This document shows, piece after piece, positions 35,126 through 40,710 of a stretch of DNA of 40,710 bases; the first letter of the stretch is position 1; every line of letters starts with the position of its first letter. The notes below the pieces were generated by a model. That model saw nothing but the letters and a program-made list of their open reading frames with translations, was not told the origin of the DNA and did no database searches. The stretch lies in the sequence record NC_019710.1. One strand, written 5' to 3'. Made by a program: the position numbers and the translations under genes. The DNA comes from Enterobacteria phage HK140.

Positions 35126-35304
35126 GGCGACAGCGACGAAGTTTCACCGACATCATCTGCGAAAACTGCAAATACCTTCCAACGAAACGCTCCAGAAATA
35201 AACGCAAGCCAATCCCGAAAGAATCTGACGTAAAAACCTTCAACTACACGGCTCACCTGTGGGATATCCGGTGGCTTAGAGAACGTGCGAGGAAAACAAG
35301 GTGA
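35122..35304 (+). CDS. ninE: NinE
   Basis: 60 aa ([20 protein letters not shown]...) from the internal ATG at 35122; ATGA overlap with the methyltransferase stop. Confidence 0.7.
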   Translation: MRRQRRSFTDIICENCKYLPTKRSRNKRKPIPKESDVKTFNYTAHLWDIRWLRERARKTR

Positions 35305-35471
35305 TTGACCCAAATCGAAGTTACGAACAACAAAGCGTCGAGCGGGCTTTAACGTGCGCTAACTGCGGTCAGAAGCTGCATGTGCTGGAAGTTCACGTGT
35401 GTGAGCACTGCTGCGCAGAACTGATGAGCGATCCGAATAGCTCAATGTACGAGGAAGAAGACGATGAATGA
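35301..35471 (+). CDS. ninF: NinF
   Basis: 56 aa from a GTG start ([38 protein letters not shown]...); below the ORF-track cutoff, translated by hand. Confidence 0.6.
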   Translation: MIDPNRSYEQQSVERALTCANCGQKLHVLEVHVCEHCCAELMSDPNSSMYEEEDDE

Positions 35472-36186
35472 GTTAATAAATGGCAATGCCATCAAAATGA
35501 CAAGCATTGAAATCGCTGAGTTGGTGGGTAAGCGTCATGACAATGTGAAACGTACCATCGAAACGCTGGCTAAAAATGGTGTTATCCGGCTTCCTCAAAT
35601 TGAGGTTTCCGAAAGAATCAATAACTTAGGGTTCAATGTTCAGTACGAGCATTACGTCTTCGAAGGCGAACAAGGTAAGCGAGATAGTATTGTTGTTGTT
35701 GCCCAGTTGTCGCCAGAGTTCACCGCTCGCCTTGTTGACCGCTGGCGAGATCTTGAAGAAGCTGCGGTTAATATCCCCAAAACGCTACCGGAAGCGTTGC
35801 GCCTTGCTGCTGATCTTGCTGAGCAGAAAATGCAACTGGAAAACCAGCTTGCAATTGCCGCACCTAAAGTTGAGTTTGCCGATCGCGTTGGCGAGGCCAG
35901 CGGAATTTTGATTGGAAACTTTGCAAAGGTTGTCGGTATTGGTCCAAACAAACTGTTTGCGTGGATGCGCGATCACAAAATCCTTATTGCTTCAGGTTCC
36001 CGGCGCAATGTGCCAATGCAGGAATATATGGATCGCGGCTATTTCACAGTGAAAGAAACAGCGGTCAACACAAATCACGGAATACAGATATCGTTCACCA
36101 CAAAAATCACCGGGCGTGGTCAACAGTGGCTGACCAGAAAGCTGCTCGATAATGGAATGCTGAAAGTAACAGGGGAGGCTGCTTAA
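35464..36186 (+). CDS. Phage antirepressor (Rha-like N-terminus, KilA-C/ANT-like C-terminus)
   Basis: 240 aa; the N- and C-terminal regions resemble Rha and KilAC antirepressor domains by sequence character (from memory). Confidence 0.7.
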   Translation: MNELINGNAIKMTSIEIAELVGKRHDNVKRTIETLAKNGVIRLPQIEVSERINNLGFNVQYEHYVFEGEQGKRDSIVVVAQLSPEFTARLVDRWRDLEEAAVNIPKTLPEALRLAADLAEQKMQLENQLAIAAPKVEFADRVGEASGILIGNFAKVVGIGPNKLFAWMRDHKILIASGSRRNVPMQEYMDRGYFTVKETAVNTNHGIQISFTTKITGRGQQWLTRKLLDNGMLKVTGEAA

Positions 36187-36476
36187 TGGCTAATCTACGC
36201 AAAGAAGCACGCGGCAGAGAATGCCAGGTACGTATTTACGGCGTATGCAATGGTAATCCTGAAACTACAGTTCTGGCACATTACCGGATGGCTGGAATTT
36301 GCGGAACGGGAATGAAGCCTGACGACCTGATCGGCGCATGGGCTTGTAGCGCGTGTCACGATGAAATCGACCGACGCACCCATAATCTCGACAACAAAGA
36401 CGCCAAACTTTACCACCTCGAAGGCGTGATCAGGACGCAGGCGATACTGCTGAAGGAGGGGAAGATTAAGCCATGA
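36186..36476 (+). CDS. DUF1364 (YbcO-like) protein
   Basis: 96 aa; MANLRKEARGRECQVRIYGVCNGNPETTVLAHYR with Cys/His cluster, YbcO-like from memory. Confidence 0.6.
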   Translation: MANLRKEARGRECQVRIYGVCNGNPETTVLAHYRMAGICGTGMKPDDLIGAWACSACHDEIDRRTHNLDNKDAKLYHLEGVIRTQAILLKEGKIKP

Positions 36477-36835
36477 ACGAATATCAGTTTGTGCTTCCAT
36501 ACCCGCCGTCGGTGAACACCTACTGGCGAAGACGGGGAAGCCAATACTACATCAGCGCTAAAGGCCAGAAATACCGAAAAGATGTACAGCAAATAATCCG
36601 CCAACTCAAGTTAGACATTTTCACCAAATCACGACTCCGCATCAAAGTCATCGCAGACGTTCCAGACTCCCGCCGCCGCGACCTCGACAACATCCTGAAA
36701 GGTTTACTCGACTCCCTTATCCACGCCGGATTTGCGGAAGACGACGAGCAATTCGATGACATTCGTGTAATTCGTGGTGTGAAAGTACCAGGCGGAAGGC
36801 TTGGAATAAAAATCACCGAACTGGAGAACGCATGA
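36473..36835 (+). CDS. rusA: RusA Holliday junction resolvase
   Basis: 120 aa; LPYPPSVNTYWRRRG, DVPDSRRRDLDNILKGLLDSL and GGRLGIKITE align with E. coli RusA. Confidence 0.85.
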   Translation: MNEYQFVLPYPPSVNTYWRRRGSQYYISAKGQKYRKDVQQIIRQLKLDIFTKSRLRIKVIADVPDSRRRDLDNILKGLLDSLIHAGFAEDDEQFDDIRVIRGVKVPGGRLGIKITELENA

Positions 36836-37020
36836 ACGCCACAATTCAAACGATACCAGAGCTTCTTATCCAGACACGAGGCAATCAGACCGAAGTGGCG
36901 AGGATGCTTTCCTGCGCAAGAGGAACAGTGCTCAAGTACAACCGAGACAGCAAAGGCGAGCGTCACGTAATAGTTAACGGCGTCCTGATGGTCAAACAGG
37001 GCAAGAGGGGAAGACCATGA
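36832..37020 (+). CDS. ninH: NinH
   Basis: 62 aa; GNQTEVARMLSCARGTVLKY matches the lambda NinH HTH region. Confidence 0.7.
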   Translation: MNATIQTIPELLIQTRGNQTEVARMLSCARGTVLKYNRDSKGERHVIVNGVLMVKQGKRGRP

Positions 37021-37640
37021 GACTCGAAAGCGTAGCTAAATTTCATTCGCCAAAAAGCCCGATGATGAGCGACTCACCACGGGCTACGGCTTCTGACTCT
37101 CTTTCCGGTACTGATGTGATGGCTGCTATGGGGATGGCGCAATCACAAGCCGGATTCGGAATGGCTGCATTCTGTGGCAAGCACGAACTCAGCCAGAACG
37201 ACAAACAAAAGGCTATCAACTATCTGATGCAATTTGCACACAAGGTATCGGGGAAATACCGTGGTGTGGCAAAGCTCGAAGGAAATACTAAGGCAAAGGT
37301 ACTGCAAGTGCTCGCAACATTCGCTTATGCGGATTATTGCCGTAGTGCCGCGACGCCGGGCGCAAGATGCAGAGATTGTCACGGTACTGGCCGGGCCGTT
37401 GATATTGCCAAAACAGAACGGTGGGGGAGAGTTGTCGAGAAAGAGTGCGGAAGATGCAAAGGCGTCGGCTATTCAAGGATGCCAGCAAGCGCAACATATC
37501 GCGCTGTGACGATGCTAATCCCAAACCTTACTCAACCCACCTGGTCACGCACTGTTAAGCCGCTGTATGACGCTCTGGTGGTTCAATGCCACAAGGAAGA
37601 GTCAATCGCAGACAACATTTTGAACGCGGTCACACGTTAG
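37017..37640 (+). CDS. Q: Late antiterminator Q
   Basis: 207 aa; appears near-identical to lambda Q from memory; Zn-finger CRDCHGTG...CGRCKG. Confidence 0.9.
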   Translation: MRLESVAKFHSPKSPMMSDSPRATASDSLSGTDVMAAMGMAQSQAGFGMAAFCGKHELSQNDKQKAINYLMQFAHKVSGKYRGVAKLEGNTKAKVLQVLATFAYADYCRSAATPGARCRDCHGTGRAVDIAKTERWGRVVEKECGRCKGVGYSRMPASATYRAVTMLIPNLTQPTWSRTVKPLYDALVVQCHKEESIADNILNAVTR

Positions 37641-37682
37641 CAGCATGATTGCCACGGATGGCAACATATTAACGGCATAATA

Positions 37683-37711
37683 TTGACTTTTTGAATAAAA
37701 TTGGGTAAATT
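37683..37711 (+). promoter_or_regulatory. Late promoter pR' (-35 TTGACT, 17-bp spacer, -10 TAAATT) with overlapping qut region
   Basis: Matches the lambda pR' sequence as recalled: TTGACTttttgaataaaattgggTAAATT. Confidence 0.7.
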
Positions 37712-37746
37712 TGACTCAACGATGGATAAATGCACTCGTTAAATAA

Positions 37747-37782
37747 AGCCCTGAGTTAATATCTCGGGGCTTTTTGCGTTTT
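37747..37782 (+). terminator. Intrinsic terminator about 30-65 nt downstream of the pR' start (tR'-like)
   Basis: Hairpin AGCCCTGAG-ttaatat-CTCGGGGCT followed by TTTTTGCGTTTT. Confidence 0.7.
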
Positions 37783-38073
37783 AAGCACGGCCTTTCTGAA
37801 AGCACATCAAACCAAATACCAGACAGACAAAAATAATCACCTTATCCGCTGTGGCTACGGTGCGGTGTGCTTTGCATAAAAGAAAACCAGCGCAATGGCT
37901 GGCTTCGTGAAAGCGGGTGGCATGAGGTTGCCCTAACAACCTCCTGCCGTTTTGCCCGTGCATATCGGTCACGAACAAATCTGATTACTAAACACAGTAG
38001 CCTGGATTTGTTCTATCAGTAATCGACCTTATTCCTAATTAAATAGAGCAAATCCCCTTATTGGGGGTAAGAC

Positions 38074-38397
38074 ATGAAGATGCCAGAAAAAAATGACCTG
38101 TTAGCCGCCATTCTCGCGGCAAAGGAACAAGGCATCGGGGCAATCCTTGCGTTTGCAATGGCGTACCTTCGCGGCAGATATAATGGCGGTGCGTTTACAA
38201 AAACAGTAATCGACGCAACGATGTGCGCCATTATCGCCTGGTTCATTCGTGACCTTCTCGACTTCGCCGGACTAAGTAGCAATCTCGCTTATATAACGAG
38301 CGTGTTCATCGGCTACATCGGTACTGACTCGATTGGTTCGCTTATCAAACGCTTCGCTGCTAAAAAAGCCGGAGTAGAAGATGGTGGAAATCAATAA
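38074..38397 (+). CDS. S: Holin S (dual-start motif MKM)
   Basis: 107 aa matching lambda S ([40 protein letters not shown]...). Confidence 0.9.
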   Translation: MKMPEKNDLLAAILAAKEQGIGAILAFAMAYLRGRYNGGAFTKTVIDATMCAIIAWFIRDLLDFAGLSSNLAYITSVFIGYIGTDSIGSLIKRFAAKKAGVEDGGNQ

Positions 38398-38857
38398 TCA
38401 ACGTAAGGCGTTCCTCGATATGCTGGCGTGGTCAGAGGGAACAGATAACGGACGTCAGAAAACCAGAAATCATGGTTATGACGTCATTGTAGGAGGAGAG
38501 CTATTCACTGATTACTCCGATCACCCTCGCAAACTTGTCACGCTAAACCCAAAACTCAAATCAACAGCAGCCGGACGCTACCAGCTTCTTTCCCGTTGGT
38601 GGGATGCCTACCGCAAGCAGCTTGGGCTGAAAGACTTCTCTCCGAAAAGCCAGGACGCTGTTGCACTACAGCAGATTAAAGAGCGTGGCGCTTTACCGAT
38701 GATTGATCGCGGTGATATTCGTCAGGCTATCGACCGTTGCAGCAATATCTGGGCTTCACTGCCGGGCGCTGGTTATGGTCAGTTCGAGCATAAGGCTGAC
38801 AACCTGATTGCAAAATTCAAAGAAGCAGGCGGAACGGTCAGAGAGATTGAGGTATGA
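38381..38857 (+). CDS. R: Endolysin R (lytic transglycosylase)
   Basis: 158 aa matching lambda R ([39 protein letters not shown]...). Confidence 0.9.
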   Translation: MVEINNQRKAFLDMLAWSEGTDNGRQKTRNHGYDVIVGGELFTDYSDHPRKLVTLNPKLKSTAAGRYQLLSRWWDAYRKQLGLKDFSPKSQDAVALQQIKERGALPMIDRGDIRQAIDRCSNIWASLPGAGYGQFEHKADNLIAKFKEAGGTVREIEV

Positions 38858-39291
38858 GCAGAGTAACCGCGATTATCTCCGCTCTGGTTATCTGCATCAT
38901 CGTTTGCCTGTCATGGGCTGTTAATCATTACCGTGATAACGCCATTACCTACAAAGCCCAGCGCGATAAAGCCACGTACATCATCGCTGACATGCAGAAG
39001 CGTCAACGTGATGTAGCAGAACTCGACGCCAGATACACAAAGGAGCTTGCTGATGCTAACGCGACTATCGAAAGTCTCCGTGCTGATGTTTCTGCTGGGC
39101 GTAAGCGCCTGCAAGTCGCCGCCACCTGTGCAAAGTCAACGACCGGAGCCAGCAGCATGGGCGATGGAGAAAGCCCAAGACTTACAGCAGATGCTGAACT
39201 CAATTATTACCGTCTCAGAAGTGGAATCGACAGGATAACCGCGCAGGTTAACTACCTGCAGGAATACATCAGGACGCAATGCCTGAAATGA
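38854..39291 (+). CDS. Rz: Spanin Rz (inner-membrane subunit)
   Basis: 145 aa; N-terminal 40 residues match lambda Rz, C-terminal half divergent. Confidence 0.85.
   Translation: MSRVTAIISALVICIIVCLSWAVNHYRDNAITYKAQRDKATYIIADMQKRQRDVAELDARYTKELADANATIESLRADVSAGRKRLQVAATCAKSTTGASSMGDGESPRLTADAELNYYRLRSGIDRITAQVNYLQEYIRTQCLK
39053..39238 (+). CDS. Rz1: Spanin Rz1 (outer-membrane lipoprotein), embedded in Rz in the +1 frame
   Basis: 61 aa from the ATG at 39053 (RBS AAGGAG); lipobox LLGVSAC followed by the Pro-rich stretch [13 protein letters not shown]. Confidence 0.75.
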   Translation: MLTRLSKVSVLMFLLGVSACKSPPPVQSQRPEPAAWAMEKAQDLQQMLNSIITVSEVESTG

Positions 39292-39327
39292 TCGGGCGAT
39301 GAAAACCAAAAAAAACAGGAGCAATAC

Positions 39328-39603
39328 ATGACTAAGCTTTATCACCGCATCTCAACTTTTCTCTCTGGTTGCTGGGCGTTTATCACGTCTATTTCGTTCG
39401 CCATCTTTAGTTTCGGCAGCACAGCGTGCTCGCTTAGTCGGGGTCTGTGGCGTGCTATTTCAGCACTAGCGCCGAAATTTTTACCTGAAAAGGCTGTTTG
39501 GCGAATTGTAGAGCGAATGTGTAGTGAGAGCGTTCGCGAGAAGATTAACGTATTTGGACGTCATCCTCGAAATACAGGCGCATTGTGCAGTCCGTTACTG
39601 TAG
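39328..39603 (+). CDS. Hypothetical membrane protein downstream of the lysis cassette
   Basis: 91 aa; strong RBS AGGAG 7 nt before the ATG; hydrophobic N-terminal half. Confidence 0.35.
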   Translation: MTKLYHRISTFLSGCWAFITSISFAIFSFGSTACSLSRGLWRAISALAPKFLPEKAVWRIVERMCSESVREKINVFGRHPRNTGALCSPLL

Positions 39604-39994
39604 TCATTACAAAGCCCATCTACGGGTGGGCTTGATAATGAAACCGGAATTTATTCTTGGCAACCAGTTACGGCAGTACCACGAAACAACCCAAGCCAGA
39701 AAGTGTGGAAATAACACTGGCAGCCACTGAAAGATAAACCTCCTGCCTTATGGCAAAAAAGATTCTTTGTGGTGGCGGACTGATGGAAAGACATCGGTTA
39801 TTGCAGAGACCATTCAATGAGTGGTCTCGACAATGGCTTATACCCTACACGGGATAACTTAACTGATATCCCTTTTAACGGATAAACGGAGCCAACAATG
39901 GCAGAGATTATTCCCATGACTGAAGAACAGAAATTCCAGTTAGAGATTTACAAACTGGTCATGAACCAGAACGCCGCCGTGCATGGAGACTGGC

Positions 39995-40336
39995 ATGAAC
40001 AAAGAGCTCCGCGTATATGGCAGCCGATGGGATAAGGCCCGTCTGCGTTTTCTCCAGCAGCACCCACTGTGTGTGATGTGCGAGCAGCAGGGGCGCATAA
40101 CACCAGCAACGGTGGTCGACCATATCGTGCCCCACAAACTGAAAGATGCGCTTAAGTCAGGTAACCCTCTGGCCATATCGAAAGCACAGCTCCTGTTCTG
40201 GAGTAAAGAGAACTGGCAGCCACTGTGCAAAGCGCATCATGACTCAACGAAACAGAGAATGGAGAAGAGCGGCGCGGTAATAGGTTGTGATGCCAACGGC
40301 TACCCGCTCGATCCTGCGTCTCACTGGAGCACGTAA
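39995..40336 (+). CDS. HNH endonuclease (terminase-associated type)
   Basis: 113 aa from the ATG at 39995 (RBS GGAGA); Cys pairs CVMC...C and CKAHHD with VDHIVPH, an HNH fold; located just before the genome right end. Confidence 0.8.
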   Translation: MNKELRVYGSRWDKARLRFLQQHPLCVMCEQQGRITPATVVDHIVPHKLKDALKSGNPLAISKAQLLFWSKENWQPLCKAHHDSTKQRMEKSGAVIGCDANGYPLDPASHWST

Positions 40337-40539
40337 TGAAAGACCTCATCATTGAATACCGAGACGGTAAGTTTGTTCAGCTGGCGATTGATGGCGTGGA
40401 GATGAAGCGCGTAACGTCTATCCAGTTCTCCCACACCGTAGGCGAGGACGTACCGACATTGACCGTCTCAGGACATGTGTGGTCCGAGTATGGGAAAGGC
40501 GATCACAAACTCGAACAGGTAGACAAACATTCGGCATAG
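40336..40539 (+). CDS. Hypothetical protein
   Basis: 67 aa; ATG overlaps the HNH stop. Confidence 0.35.
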   Translation: MKDLIIEYRDGKFVQLAIDGVEMKRVTSIQFSHTVGEDVPTLTVSGHVWSEYGKGDHKLEQVDKHSA

Positions 40540-40664
40540 CGCGGCGGCGGCAAGTCGATTATCTATCATGTGAAATCATTTCAAATGCAACGATATCAAA
40601 TGAGAATGAATCGCATTCATGGCAGGGGGGGGGGATCAAATCTTCAAAACCTTTTCCCTAAATG

Positions 40665-40710
40665 ACAGAGACGTAGTAGTCGGCGTCTCTCAAGGCACAC
40701 AGGGGATAGG
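40665..40710. other. Terminal inverted repeat, right copy; probable sequencing-adaptor or assembly artefact
   Basis: Exact reverse complement of nt 1-46. Confidence 0.6.

Larger units (their letters stand above)
47..40664 (+). mobile_element. Complete lambda-like temperate phage genome, virion-linear order with attP and int internal
   Basis: Full gene set: terminase, HK97-type head, lambda-type tail, int/xis, N, cI/cro/cII, O/P, nin region, Q, S/R/Rz. Integrase sits mid-window, so this is not the integrated prophage arrangement. Confidence 0.85.

Noticed and set aside
37781-37978. 65-aa minus-strand ORF between Q and S.
   Set aside because: Lies in the pR'-to-S leader, which is non-coding in lambda as I recall it; no RBS or context support.
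40625-40634. Poly-G (10 nt) tract as a phase-variation or G-quadruplex element.
   Set aside because: It lies in a non-coding interval near the genome end with no gene to switch; more likely part of the packaging-site region or a homopolymer artefact. Kept only as a note under the cos finding.
1-40710. tRNA, rRNA and CRISPR arrays.
   Set aside because: No cloverleaf-like conserved tRNA motifs (for example a GGTTCGAATCC T-arm), no rRNA-like segments and no regularly spaced repeat-spacer arrays were seen. The only short repeat clusters are operators, iterons and arm sites.

Overview
The window is a complete ~40.6 kb lambda-like temperate siphophage genome in virion-linear order, with terminase genes at the left end and an HNH endonuclease at the right end. 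It is bracketed by a 46-bp perfect terminal inverted repeat that is most likely a library-adaptor or assembly artefact rather than biology. Left arm (94-20032, + strand): HK97-type head module and lambda-type tail module (G/GT frameshift, tape measure, M, L, K, I, J, side fibre), interrupted by two lipoprotein morons and several intrinsic terminators. Centre (20079-22723): a divergent LexA-box-controlled module (dinI-like gene versus an impC-like gene plus a natively pre-cleaved UmuD'-like gene with no umuC), then attP with arm-type repeats, a tyrosine integrase and a convergent AlpA-type excisionase. Right arm: leftward early operon (N-like, cIII-like, RecT, Gp157, Ea22-like, DUF551), an immunity region (CI, a small membrane protein in the lambda rexAB position, three-site OL and OR with a non-lambda operator, Cro, CII), then a replication-nin-Q-lysis block that appears near-identical to phage lambda (O with ori iterons, P, ren, ninB/E/F/H, rusA, Q, pR', S, R, Rz/Rz1) but carries a Dam-type methyltransferase and a Rha/KilAC antirepressor as inserts. 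No tRNA, rRNA or CRISPR array was seen. All calls rest on reading the ORF translations and DNA motifs by eye and from memory of protein families; no database search was run. The strongest candidates for accessory systems are the cI-linked membrane protein, the opposite-strand SieB-like membrane protein, the orphan UmuD' module and the two tail-region lipoproteins.
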